A stretch of DNA of 63,990 bases, the filler included, from Stramenopiles sp. TOSAG23-2 (taxonomy: Eukaryota), in the NCBI GenBank assembly GCA_900128395.1. It is 4 parts of 4 records of this genome, joined end to end, with 100 filler letters (N's around TTAATTAATTAA, not from the genome) between each part and the next. Parts side by side here need not be neighbours in the genome. Positions count along the whole stretch, not along the records: positions 16,595 to 33,037 come from LT649676.1; positions 33,138 to 49,567 come from LT649677.1; 2 more parts are not named here. One strand, written 5' to 3'. The position numbers were made by a program, and so were the translations under genes. Below the pieces are notes generated by a model. That model saw only the letters and a list, made by a program, of their open reading frames with translations, had not been told where the DNA came from and searched no databases. This document shows positions 24,054 through 37,280 of this stretch, piece by piece. Positions within the stretch are counted from its first letter, which is position 1, and each line of letters opens with the position of its first letter.

Positions 24054-25003
24054 GTTTTAATTATTCTTTTTTTAATATATTTATAAATTCTTGATCATGT
24101 ATCAACAACAAGAAATACACGTGTATATATGCTTCGTAAATATATATATCTATATATTTCCTTGTACTTTTCTAATAAAGTTTCTCTGTTTTATCCACTT
24201 TGTTTTGGTTGTTTCTATATATATACATATATATATTTATTAAATATGTATTTGTCTGTATAAAATGCTAATGATGTGTACATGTAAATATGGCTTCATC
24301 AAAAAAAAGAAATAATAAATCGTTTGCGAAAGTTATTCATATTTATTTATTCTTTTAATAGCATGGGAATAGTATTGATCAAGAGAGAGAGAACCGTTGG
24401 CGCTGTGGATTTTTGTGTTCGAGGGCCGAGGCCCAAAAACTTAACGACAAAACTCAGCATGTTAGTATCAATAATAATGGAAATATGGTAATAAAATAAA
24501 ATTGGAGATTGTCATATTATAATTGTAGTAATGTAATATTATCTGATATTTGTGATGATAATATCGTATATTTGAAATATAAAATGTAATATTGGTGATA
24601 AACGTGATACAATGGCATAGCATTGGATAGAGAAAGAAACTGAGAATCTGTAGTTTTATCTATAATGCTGTGCTGTATGCCTCCCAGTCCCAATAGTGCT
24701 GTGTCACAGTGTTTTTTTTTTAGTAGGGTTCATCAGTTATATAATGCTGTGTCATGTTGTTTATGTGAAAATTTCATCTCTCTCAAGTCCAGCTGTCCAG
24801 CTATTTACATTTACATTTTCCAGTCTTTTTGTTGCACCTTACCAGGTATCACTTTTATACTTATATAACGACTATTATTATTATTAACGAACTATACATA
24901 TATATAGTATACACACAAAATACATTCGCAACATAATAGATCTCTTTATAATATATAAAACCCACCCAACAAAAACATATTGCATTCCTTCCCCTCCCAT
25001 ACC

Positions 25004-25039
<36 letters not shown>

Positions 25040-25044
25040 TCAAC

Positions 25045-28000
25045 ATGAACACATCAATATATAAAAAAACATTACCATATAAACAACATATACAACCAAA
25101 TCCAAAATCACGTGCATCGTTATATGCTAAACGACCAAATATACGTAAAGAATTTAAAACAGAACATGATTATTTAAAATTTCTAGTACGTGATAAATAT
25201 ACAGAAAAAGTAAAGAATATTAATAATTCAGATAGACAAGATGTCTTTAAAGAATATAGTGAAAATCAATTAAAAATATTATATATATTATATGAATATA
25301 GTTGTAAAAGAAAAAAACGTTCAACAAAAGATACAAGTGAAGAAAAAGAAGAAGAAAATGATAAAAAAACGTTATATGCCTACAAGAACAAGAACAACAA
25401 TGATGATGGTAATACACACTTACCAGGCTACATACGACAAGTACCGTTGTATGTCATGTTATATGAAGGTGTAACACATCAAATCTTAGATTATGACTAT
25501 TCTCCACGTTTAGAAAAGTTTGGAACCACTTATTTATATTTAAATATATCACGTGAAGCTACTAGTGATATAGAATTATTACGACAAGTTGGTTTTATAG
25601 AAATGTTAATGGTAACAACAATTGATAGTACTGAATCTAGAGCATATCGTTTATCTAATAAAGGATTTAAATATGTTGATAAACAGAATTTTAAATATGA
25701 AACAGAATTTAGTAAAGATGAAATACCATTAAAAAAGATCAAACGGGATATTGAAATGATATTATATCCACCAAATTATGATCGTGATGATGCATTATCT
25801 TATTTATTAGAACCATTTTGGGATACGGATGAAAATAAATTTACCATTGTAAATGAAAAAGCGAAATATGCTCGTTTCTCTACCGTAACAACTATTGAAA
25901 ATATAAGTTATGTATGTTCCCCATTTATACCATTATGCTGTAATACGGAAAATCATTTAATTAGTGAAAAAGTAATATCAAAAAAAGAAATGGAAAAAAT
26001 AAATGCAATTAAAGAACAAGCATTACTTGATCAACATTTAATCCACACCATAAATGACAACAAGAATGAAGAAAAACCTGAAACAAAGACAAATCAAACG
26101 GGAGATGATGATGAGGATAAGGAAGGGAACGGGCCAGATGTAATGGGCGAAGAAGAAGAAGAAGAAGAAATAGAAGATACATTAGTAGAGGAAGAAATTA
26201 TTTCACCATTACCAAGCCCAAACACAAAAATACCACCACAAAATGCAACACCATCGAAAGTTATAATACAAACAAGTCCAAAATCACCATCATCACAAAC
26301 AAATCGTCGTAGTGATGAAAATTCAGCTAAACATGTAAATAATTGGATTGTACAAAACAATCGTGATATTGCCATAGAAGCTGTTACTATTTGTCAAGAT
26401 TTAAGAGAACATGGTCCAATACGTGATAGCGAAGAAGAAATTATACGAAGTGATGAAGTATATGTTTTAACATCAGAATGGATGCCATTTGGACCAAATA
26501 TTTTATTATATTTAAATGATCGATTAGGTAGTGCAGAGCAAACAAATGGTGGCATTATATCAGGATATTTAGATAAAGCAGTAGAAGCAACGAAATTATT
26601 TAATGATTATGATGATTCAGCTACTGTTTATTTAAATAAAATATATCATTATGATGAATCTCGACATGTTAATTTTAGTGCACATGTAGAAAAAAAACGC
26701 AGCGATAGTAGTAGAAGCAATGCGCATGATGAAGATATCGTACAAATACAAGAATTTGGTATTAATGTACAAAAAGATGGTACGATTATCTATGGATTAC
26801 AAGTAGATAGTACGGAAGATAGGTATATTGAAAACATATCGATGGATCATTTATCCCGTTTATTAGTTGATATACATGTTGATTCTACTATAATTATGGA
26901 TAATATATTAACCAATTATCAACGTAGTTTAATGAATTGTTTATATAATGATAATACGAATCGACGACCAAAATATAATATTATCATGTGTAAAAAATTA
27001 GATCCAATGATGACGGCAAATAAATATTTAGATGGTGGTGATTATGAAAATGAAATCAAACAAGTTATTGGGGAGACATATGCTGGTTTTGATATTGGGG
27101 ATGGTGCAATTACTTTTTTTGGACGTGATGGTTTGTTAATTGTAGGTTCCAGAATCCATCGTCATCAAGACATATTAGTAAAATTTCTTTCGTTGAAAAC
27201 ACGACAAGTTGTTTTAAAAACATTTTTCAGCCGTTCAAATTGTATTGGCAATGTATTAAAAGGAATACGTGGATTGCTTATTAAATATGATGAGGATCCA
27301 GGTTCACTTGCGACGGTACGAAAACTTTGTCAAACATGTAAACAAGATTTATTATTATTAGATGAAATATTACGATATTTAGATGAATCATTAAATCAAT
27401 TTGCAATGCCACGCGATGATGATTATGATGGGAAAGAATCGAATATTATTAATAATATGAAGAAAAAAAAGAAAGGAAAACAACGTATTAATGTGCATAA
27501 ACGAGGTCGTGAAAAATTGAAAAAATTACTTGCATTACCAAAATTATTATCCGATTTAAAATCACAAACAAAAGATTTTGTGAAAAATATGTATGCATTT
27601 AATGAGGAATTGACAGCGTTGGAATTAGTATGCCAACAACATCATGATTTTCAACTAGAGGAATGGCAAAAGCGCCAAGTTCAATCCATACATAGTGATA
27701 ATTTAAGAAATCAAAGCAAAGGTATTGCTCAATATTTATATATTGAACAGATTTTTTATATTATATTAGGTATCATATCATTTGCAATTGTTGATCGTTT
27801 AAGTAGTCCAATTGATGTAGATGATTTTGCAAATATATTACTTAATAATAATATACCAATCAATGTAACTGGTGTATGGTTGTTATTAAATATTATCGTT
27901 TGGGTTATCTTTGTATGGTTGTTTCATTTATTACCAGAATTTATTAAAAAATATTGTTGTAATAGACGTAAACAAAATGATTTGAAAATTGAATTATTGA

Positions 28001-28809
28001 TAAATAAATTTATTAATATTGATAAATTAAAAGCATATTTAAAATTAAAACATGTGATATCAGATAGAATCACAACAAATCATATTCAAGTAATTCGTAC
28101 AGTAATATGGAATGAAAATGATTATAGAATATGTATGTATATGCCATATATATATATATACCTTTCTTTCCTATAAAAACATATATATCGATATAGTTAC
28201 TAACATCTTTTTACTTTATCAGGGAGGGGTAAATTACCAAAATTTGAAATGATATATGATCGTAAAAACAAATATTTATTATCGGTTACCATATCAATTG
28301 AACATAACAATGACATGTGGTCAGAGGAAGAAATAACAAATCGTTTTTTAAATGATTTAACACATTGTAAAATTTTCATTACAAATTACAACAAAGAACC
28401 ATGGGAAGATCCATCAATGGGTGTCTTTGAACGGATTACCTTGCAACGTAAAAGTGAATATGTAAAAGGTGTAAAAGTTGATTTTACAAAACCAATGGAA
28501 ATTGCTGATAAATCATTAGAAATGAATAATATAGAAATGAAGAAAACAAATGTTCAATTGATTGAAAGTGTTTCACCAAATTCTAAAACCAATCCAGCAA
28601 TAGCATATACGGTGAATAATGGTGGACCATCCCAAGAAGAAGAAGAAATGTATCAACGTATCTTAAAAGAACGTGAAGATGCTGAGCTTGAAAAACAAAA
28701 ACGCCAAGAAAAAAGTGATCGTGCAAAGAAAAAGAGAAAAAAACGTAAAAAAAAGAAGAAAAATGATGAGACAACGACTGAGCAAGGTGGTGGGGAAGAA
28801 GAGGCATAA
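25045..28809 (+). CDS. Uncharacterised ~1224-aa protein with possible winged-helix N-domain, helical region and two C-terminal TM helices; intron 28133-28222
   Basis: Intron GTATGT...ACTAAC...TATCAG joins the two ORFs in frame and gives W-R-G-K-L-P-K-F-E-M-I-Y-D, matching the paralog WGGTRPEIEIEYD. Confidence 0.8.
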
Positions 28810-29622
28810 AAAATGATACGAGCCGTATTTAATTGTTTTTGTGTGTGTGTGTGTTGTGAGTTGTGAGTTGTGAAATTAAAATTATTTCGATTTAAAGTAG
28901 TATTACGAAAGTAAGAGACGAGAATTTCGTTTTGCTCTTTATTCCCGCTTCTAAAACTTTTGCAGTTTGTGCACTTTTGGTCACATTTCTTGAACTTTTA
29001 AATACTCGTACTTCTTCGGTATAAGCACGTAGACAGAGATAAACTTTTAAATATGCCATAACAATCTGTAATTTGCAATCGAGTTCCATTCTACCGATTT
29101 TCTACCGCACACCACTTCTGTAATTTTCTAATTGTTTCAAGCTGTTCAAGCTAAAAAGCTGTGCACATATTATTGTATTGTTGTAAGCGGTGCTTATTTG
29201 CAAAAGGGTTCCATCATGTGTGTTCTACTTTTTCTAACCACCACATAGATGTTTCTATTAGCGTTTTTCTATTGTTTTTCAAGCTTCAAGCTGCGTCCAA
29301 ATAAAAAATATGATGCAGGAGGAAGTTAGTTGTAAGTCCCTATTAATATTACACCAACAGCAACTCGCAAAATTATTCATCAAAATAATTAATTAATTGA
29401 TCGACAGGAAAGTCCCTTTGTATATATATCGATCGGAAAAAATAGAAACAACACGGTATCATATTGATCGATCTATTTTGATTCTATCTAATATTTCATG
29501 TTTATAATTTGAAATACACTTTTGGATTTATCAATATTAAAAAGCTTTATATAGAAAATTTATTTTTTATAGATTTACGGATTTAAGCTACAATTTTTTT
29601 TATTTTAGACATTGGTAAGAAT

Positions 29623-29667
<45 letters not shown>
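29623..29667. repeat. (TAA)n microsatellite immediately before the start codon
   Basis: Direct observation. Confidence 0.85.
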
Positions 29668-29670
<3 letters not shown>

Positions 29671-32652
29671 GCAGCATTATCTTTTTACAGGCAAACGTTG
29701 CGACATATACCAGCAAATAAACAACCATCATCTCTTCATCATTGTAAACGTAATATTTCTACATCATGTACACATTTCATACAAGGTATACAACAACAAC
29801 GAAATAGCAATAGTAAAACAATATCAAAAAAACAAAGAATAATAAATAATTATAGCAAAAAATACAATAATAACACCATACTTCATAAACGTTTACTTCA
29901 TACAACTATGCCAAAGCATGATATTGATATTTTTCAAGGTGTTGAATCTATTTTAGTACATATACATGATTTTACTGGTTTACCATGGTATGGAACTATT
30001 ATCTGCAGCACACTTGCATTCCGTTTAAGTTTTCTTCCAATTGTTAGAAAGCAAATATTAGCAAGTGAAAATTTTAAAAAGGCATCAAGTGATCGTCAAA
30101 AAGCAAGTAAACTATGGGAAAAAACAAAAGGACATCGTACGTTTAACAGTATGAAAGTATATCTACAAACATTACATGCCATTAAGAAAAAACACGATGT
30201 TCGTTTTTTACCATTATTTTTCAATCCAATTTTTATACAAATACCAGCATTTATTACTTTTTTTATGACAATGAGAAGAATGATACGACATGCAGATACT
30301 ACAACTAGTGAATTAGCAACTGGTGGAATTTTATGGTTTGATAATTTAACAATTCCAGATGAAACATTTTTATTACCAGCATTTACAATCGGCATGATGT
30401 TTTTAAATATTGAACGTGCATTAGCAAAGAAACCTACAGGGAGCGAATACTATCCAAATTCATTATTTGCATTGAAAAATTGGTTACAAGCTGGTTTTAT
30501 TTTTGGATTTCCATTAATAAGTGGGTTTATACCAAGTGGTGTATTTATGTATTGGGGAACAAGTGCTACATATACATTAGTTCAATCACATTTATTAGAA
30601 AATAATCGTTTTAGAACATTAATCCGAGTGCCATTATTACCCCCATCAGTTGGTGGTAGCGGTGGAGGTGGTGGTGGTGGTGGTGGTAACAAATATGATT
30701 GGGGAAAAACAAATAGTAATGTTACAGATAATAACGAGTCAAAAGATAAAGATTCACTAGATGATGATAATAATAAGAAGAATGACAAACGCAATAATTT
30801 AAGTTTAAATAATGTAAATGAATTGATAAATGCAAATAATAATAATAATAATAATAATGATGGCAAACGAAAAACATTACGTATAAGCTCAAATGTAATT
30901 GGATATATTGATTTAACAGAATTAAAAACAAATAAATATAATTATTATGGTTCAAATATCCCAGATACTAAATTAGATCATATATTAATAGATGACGGCG
31001 ATATAGAAAAAGAAAAAGTAGTAAAACAAAATAGGAGTGACATAGTAACAGATGATAAGCAAGATGATGATGTCAAAGGCCATGTACATCATAATATTCA
31101 TGAAATGGATGATTCACTTTCTGAAATAAATCCATGTGATACCACGATAATAGAACCAGTAGACCAAAATATTGACAAGTTATATCCATTATTATCTTCC
31201 ATGTATAATAAACAAGATACACGACGTACATTACAAATATTTAATATACCACCACATGTAACATCACATGAATTATTAAAGTTATTTAGAAAAGATCATG
31301 ATGGACATTTTGATCTATTACATTTGCCAATAATACATGAAAATGTATATGAATATGATCGACACAAACAAAAATATGCAGCGAAATATAAATACCACCC
31401 TCGTAAAAATAGCACCCATGCGGAAGAAAACAACGAGGATTTATATCAACATCAACGAAAACATGTTCAACGTAAAAAGAATTGTGGATATGCATTTATT
31501 CATTTCAAGGATGATGATCTTGACAAAAAAAATGCAATGATTGAATTTTACAAAACATTTCATCGTAAACGTACAATTGATTGTTTTCAGAAAAAATCTG
31601 AGGAGCAAACGAATATGAATAATTTCTTACGTATAAAATATACAACACATTTCAATGGAAGAAAGCAATTCGTACAAAATACATTTGATGGATATGGTTT
31701 TATCAATACAAAATATCAAATGAAAGATCAAGATTTGTTTTTTTACGATGAGGATATAGATGATTATTCTATATTAAATACGGATGGTCTTAATAATAGA
31801 AATGTTGGCCAATTGGGTGTACGATTAAAAATTTTCGATGCAACATTGCAACAAATCAAACTTGGTGTAGAAACACGTCGTTCCTTTATATTAAAATGTA
31901 ATAATAATGATTGTGATGCAATATTGAAGGAGTTAAAAGCAAATAGTAGATGGAAAAATGATATAATATGTTATATCATGGATCCTAATAAACGTGATGA
32001 AATTTTTATTAATTTTCATAGTAATAATAATAATAATAATAATAGTAATAATAATGCCATTTCCACAGAAAAAAAAAATACAATAATCAATTTTATTGAA
32101 ACATATAGAATTAATAATAATTTACGATTTGCATTTTCATCGAATATTAGTAGAAACGATACAAATAATGCTGATGAAGTTATGAATGCAGATTTTATAA
32201 GGATGAATACTGATCATATTAATAATCGTATAAAAAATATGACTCACCATTCAATCGATGCAAAGAAAAAGAAAGATTTACATCATTATGGTAAACAAAT
32301 GATGTATCGAAAGAACTTTAAAGATAAACAACGTAAAATGAATAATTTAAAGAAACATTCCAAAGTTAGAATAAAAAAGATGAAAAATAGTAGTATGCAT
32401 AGTAGTAGTAGTAGTAGTACTGATGGTAATCAACAATTTGATTATGTAGATACTAATAAATATTTACGTAAGCAATATATGAATCAAGAGGAGCGACGAC
32501 GACGACGACAAAGACAACGATGTGAACAAGTGGAAAATTATTATCAAGAGGATGAATTAAGTGATTACAAAGATGATGGTGATGATGTAGATAGTAATAA
32601 TCGGGAAAAAGGAAGGAAGAGGAGACATCATGAGGAAGTTATGATTTATTAA
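29668..32652 (+). CDS. Mitochondrial Oxa1/Cox18-family insertase fused to a Mei2-type RRM domain
   Basis: Presequence; IHDFTGLPWYGTII..TLAFR...LP, IQIPAFITFF..MRRM, GGILWFDNLTIPD..LLP, PSGVFMYWGTS; then DTRRTLQIFNIP...GHFDLLHLPI...NCGYAFIHF...FYKTFH. Confidence 0.8.
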
Positions 32653-32853
32653 AAAAGTTTGGAGAAAGTGTTTCAATTGATAAAAAGAATTAATTTTTAT
32701 CGGATTGTGCATTTTATCATAAAATTAATACCAATTTGGATTTTTTGTTTTTTAGAATGTACTAATGTATATACTAATAAGATCCAATATTCCTATATAT
32801 TACAGATTTATAGGGATATTGTAGTTGGTAGTATATAAATATATATATATTAA

Positions 32854-33036
32854 TTAGTATGTCTCAATCCACATCCCTTCCACTTGTTGATACCCGTTCC
32901 ATCCATCTTGTTTATATTGTATTATAGCATTTAATTGTGATTTCATATTATCACTAAGTTGATTATAATATAGGTCCAATGACTTTAATGTATTGTTTGT
33001 TTTTAATCCATCAATAATACTTTGTATTCCACTATC
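32854..33036 (-). CDS. 3' end of an RNI-like LRR protein, partial; paralog of 16597-16776
   Basis: Translates DSGIQSIIDGLKTNNTLKSLDLYYNQLSDNMKSQLNAIIQYKQDGWNGYQQVEGMWIETY*. Confidence 0.75.
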   Translation of the reverse strand, partial: DSGIQSIIDGLKTNNTLKSLDLYYNQLSDNMKSQLNAIIQYKQDGWNGYQQVEGMWIETY

Positions 33037-33037
33037 A

Positions 33038-33137
33038 NNNNNNNNNNNNNNNNNNNNNNNNNNNNNNNNNNNNNNNNNNNNTTAATTAATTAANNNNNNN
33101 NNNNNNNNNNNNNNNNNNNNNNNNNNNNNNNNNNNNN
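33038..33137. other. Artificial contig spacer
   Basis: N44-TTAATTAATTAA-N44. Confidence 0.99.
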
Positions 33138-33192
33138 ATCCTCATCATTACGTTTACTACCATATTTATTATTATCATTATTATTATCATCA

Positions 33193-33279
33193 AGACGTGA
33201 AGAAGTTGTATCTACTATTGATAATAATACATCATCAAAACCTAAAAAATTATGGGGACGACCATCAAAATTAATGCGA

Positions 33280-33334
<55 letters not shown>

Positions 33335-34834
33335 GCAACAATAGTAGCAGTGAAGAAGATGAAGATAATAATCAAAATAATGTAAATGCATTAAGTAATG
33401 ATATACGTAATTGGGCAGTTTCGAACAATAGTAATAATAAAAAGAAGAAGAAGAAAATGAATCATAAATTAGAATTATCATCCTCTTCTTCTGATGAGGA
33501 GGATGGTCATGATAATGTTTCATTTTTAAAAAAAAGTACAATGAAAAAACAAAGTAAATCACCATTTAAAAAAATTAAGAATAATAATAGTAATATTGAA
33601 ACAATACATTCATTAGATCCAGATGATAATAGTGATGAAGATAATTATAATCGCAAGAAAAAGAGTAAAAAAAATAAGAAGAAAAGTAAACAATACGATA
33701 CACGTATATCAAATAGTGGTAATGGTATTACAACAACAAAAGCATTTCTCGGTTTTGATGAATTAAGTGATGATTCAGATTTGGAAGAACAAGAAAAACC
33801 ACCATCACGTCCATTACGTCCAGATAAAATAAAGAATAATAATCTTCAAAAATCCATTGAAAATGCTATTGTTAGTAATTTGGATAATGATTTCTTATCT
33901 AGTAGTGAAGATGAAATGGATGATGATAATAATAATAATGGTGATAATTTATCTGAATCTACTAATCGTTTATTAAATTCATTAATACGTAAACAAAAAA
34001 GCCAATCATCATCTGAGGATGAGGATGATAAAGACAACATCATAAATGAACAGAAAGTTGCAGATAATAAAAGAGATAGAAATAAAAAACGCAAAGATAC
34101 TAGTAATAAAAAGAAGAATAAATCTAAAGCAAAACAGCGACGTGATGAGGATGATGATAATAATAATGATAATAATAAATATGGTAGTAAACGTAATGAT
34201 GAGGATGATACAAAAGAAGATAATAATACAAAAACACCAAAAAAATCAAAGAAAAGTAGTGATGATGATAATAATAATGATAATAATAAATATGGTAGTA
34301 AACGTAATGATGAGGATGATACAAAAGAAGATAATAATACAAAAACACCAAAAAAATCAAAGAAAAGTAGTGATAATAGAAAAAGTACAAGTAAGAAAAG
34401 TAAACGTAAACCACGTCCACCACCAGGATTATTAGATGATGATTTTGCACAAAAAGTAAATGATAATAATGATGATGGCGATGTTGATAATAAACGAAAA
34501 AGTACAAAGAAAAAAAGGAAAGAAAAGTAAACGAAAAGGTAAACCAAAACCACCAAAAATGCCAAAACCACCACCAGAAATCGATGAAGGTAAAAAGATG
34601 GACAATGGTGATGATGATAATAAACGTTCTAGAAAAAATACGACGAAAAAGAAAAAAAGTAAACAACGTAATAAAGAAGTAGTGAACGATTTATTACGTA
34701 GTGATGATGATGATATTGATAATCGTTCTAATAAAATGAAAACACATCAAAATAATAAAGCTGGTGTAGAGGTAGATGATAATTTTGCTGATGAGACATG
34801 GGATGAAAGTAGTATGGAAGTTAGTAAAGAGTAA
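33193..34834 (+). CDS. Hypothetical Asn/Asp/Lys-rich low-complexity protein, 5' partial, apparent +1 frameshift in the A7 run at 34510-34516
   Basis: ORF 33274-34530 continues in the same style in the next frame (GKKSKRKGKPKPPKMPKPPP...) to 34834. Confidence 0.55.
34150..34374 (+). repeat. Tandem duplication with 111-bp period (in-frame 37 aa)
   Basis: DDDNNNDNNKYGSKRNDEDDTKEDNNTKTPKKSKKSS occurs twice with identical DNA; an inverted partial copy sits at 33138-33192. Confidence 0.9.
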
Positions 34835-36075
34835 ACATAATTAGAGAGTGTAAAGTGTTTGAGAGAGAGAGAGAGAAATGATGTGGAATAGGAGGTTGAG
34901 AGGATTGTTGACGAGGCGGAGAAAGAAGAGTAGAGAGTAGAATCTGGTGTGATTTGGTGAAAATGGGTGCTAATGTGCCGGGGTAAAAAAAGAGTTTTAA
35001 AAACTTCTCCAATTTTTTCTATCATGTATAAAAACGTGTTTCGAATTTTTACAAAACTCGGTATTTTTTTTAACAAATTTTACGTTACACGCATTTTACG
35101 CATTCGTAGTTTTTTTTAAAACGAGATCTGAATCTATTCAATCCTTGCGTCATTTAATCATTTACAACATGCGTAATGCGTGTAGTGTGTAAAATGGGCG
35201 AAGTTTTATTACACCTTGAGACCCGAATTTTTCCAGAGAAAGAAGGAGAGAGGAGAGAAAGAGCGTATATATATAGTTTGTATTTACGTTCTTATATTTT
35301 TCTTATCTCTCTAAAATTATTTTAAAATAAAAGCTCTATGCACTATGCATAAGATTTTATTTTTTCAACACACATATAAAATGTGATATTGATTATATTT
35401 TGCGTTACATAGTAGTTGTATCACAGGTTTGTGAAGAAAAATCCCATGTGTAATTTTTATCTATCTATATATTCGGAATATATCTATGAAATATAGTGGG
35501 TATAAATATGTGTGTGATTTGGTATTTGGTATAGAAATGCACACACGAATCACGAGATCACGAGTCACGTCGTCACGAATCACGAGATCACGAGAGGGGC
35601 CGAAAGAGGCCCCCGGTCGGAGGAAATGAAAAACCTTATTATACCTCGCTACCAAAACGAGGAGCTTAAAATCACGTTTGATCAGTCAAAAAAAGGAGGA
35701 GGTTCATGATCCATATTTCAGTACTATTCCTATGCTATATCCGATTTTTAATGCTATCTACCTGCTAGACAAAATAGCAGGTAAATAGCACTGAAAACCA
35801 GAATGGATTAAACACATAAAAACATATATGATCAAACATCAAACATAAACGTGTACACATTCGTAGATTTTATAGATAGACGAGAGATAGTAAAAGTACA
35901 GACAAAATAACAAATTAAGTCGATTAGTATTATCATTAATCAACGTAATAAAAACAATTTAATAACAAAAAATACTTTTCGTTTGTTTAATAAAACGAAA
36001 CGATAATTCTATATATCTCATTAAATTAAAGAAATTAAACTGCATTTATATCCATTTGATTTACAAATTGATAAA

Positions 36076-36594
36076 ATGAAAGTAAGTTTATGTATAAAAA
36101 TGAACGTAATCAATATGGTTATGTTATTGTTAATCTCGCAATATATGATGATATTAGTTGTTAATGGCAAACGAGGCAAAGATGTTACTTGTAAAGCTGG
36201 TGAAGGTATTGTACCAATGTTTACATCTGGTTCACAATGTAGTGGTGTATCTAAAATAACAACAGCAGCAGAATGTAAATTAGCAGCTGAATATAACAGG
36301 AAGAATAATATTCATGGAAATGCAGGATATGACCCCCGCCGAACGAGTTGGTCGTGGGCTCCACCTGGATGTATTTATTATAGTGGTAGAGTATATTTAT
36401 GGAATTACAACACAAAATCAACAGCAAAATGTAATACTGGAGGATATAAATGCGTATGCAAACCAAAAACGTGTACCAAATGCCCAATCAATACATATAG
36501 TGAAGGTGGTATCAATCCAACATATGAAGTGACAAATTCGATAATAGGAAGAAGAAGAAGAATGTTGCAGAAATCAAGAGCTCCACCTACCTAA
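36076..36594 (+). CDS. Secreted cysteine-rich protein
   Basis: Signal-peptide-like N-terminus; Cys-rich module ECKLAAEY...PPGCIY...WN...C..CVC..KTCTKCP. Confidence 0.65.
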   Translation: MKVSLCIKMNVINMVMLLLISQYMMILVVNGKRGKDVTCKAGEGIVPMFTSGSQCSGVSKITTAAECKLAAEYNRKNNIHGNAGYDPRRTSWSWAPPGCIYYSGRVYLWNYNTKSTAKCNTGGYKCVCKPKTCTKCPINTYSEGGINPTYEVTNSIIGRRRRMLQKSRAPPT

Positions 36595-36740
36595 AACCTA
36601 AAAAGTATATTTTTACGAGATCGCGTAAAAATTAAAAAAAAGAAAGAAGAAGAAGAATGTTGCAGAAATCAAGAGCTCCACCTACCTAAAACCTAAAAAG
36701 TATATTTTTACGAGATCGCGTAAAAATTAAAAAAAAGAAA
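36549..36740 (+). repeat. Tandem duplication with about 96-bp period spanning the stop codon and 3' flank
   Basis: AGAAGAAGAATGTTGCAGAAATCAAGAGCTCC...CGCGTAAAAATTAAAAAAAAG occurs twice. Confidence 0.9.
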
Positions 36741-37037
36741 AAATTGTAAAATGTGTGTTTTTTTATAAAAATTTAAAGTACAATTTGAGTAAGATCCGGA
36801 TGCTCGTTACCAAACCCTAACTGTAATTATCCATATCAGTGATTTAACAGAATAGTAGGGACACAGCAAGACCTCATCAAATCTATGTATCCGGGATGAT
36901 TGTTTTTTACCGTTTCCAACTGTACTATGCAATATTCAAATAAATTATATAAATTCTTATAGGTAGTTGTTTACTCTTAAATTACTGTAAATAGTAGTCT
37001 TTTTATGTATAAATAATACAAAAAATCCCCTTTAACA

Positions 37038-37280
37038 GTGATCAAGAAAAAAAAGAGCGTAAAAATGATCGTTATCGCAAGTGATGGGTTATTCGATGTG
37101 ATGTCAAATGAAGATGTTGTTAAATTTATATATGATATGATGGGGGGAAATGATGATGATGGTGGTGATGGGACGGATAACAATGATATGTCAAAAATTG
37201 CTAGTGAATTGACGAAACGTGCTGAAGTATTAGGTAGTGTCGATAATATCAGCGTTGTTATCGTGTTGTTTGATCATTGA
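37038..37280 (+). pseudogene. C-terminal fragment of a PP2C protein phosphatase
   Basis: IVIASDGLFDVMSNEDVV and GSVDNISVVIV motifs; no upstream PP2C exons found. Confidence 0.7.

Noticed and set aside
6602-32652. ALB3 and Oxa1/Cox18 insertases in the same window as a linked system
   Set aside because: They lie on different contigs from different organisms; the co-occurrence is coincidental.
16595-33037. Terminal inverted repeats of a 16-kb transposon or Polinton
   Set aside because: The inverted ends are coding LRR paralogs that diverge after about 54 nt, and the interior holds ordinary cellular genes.
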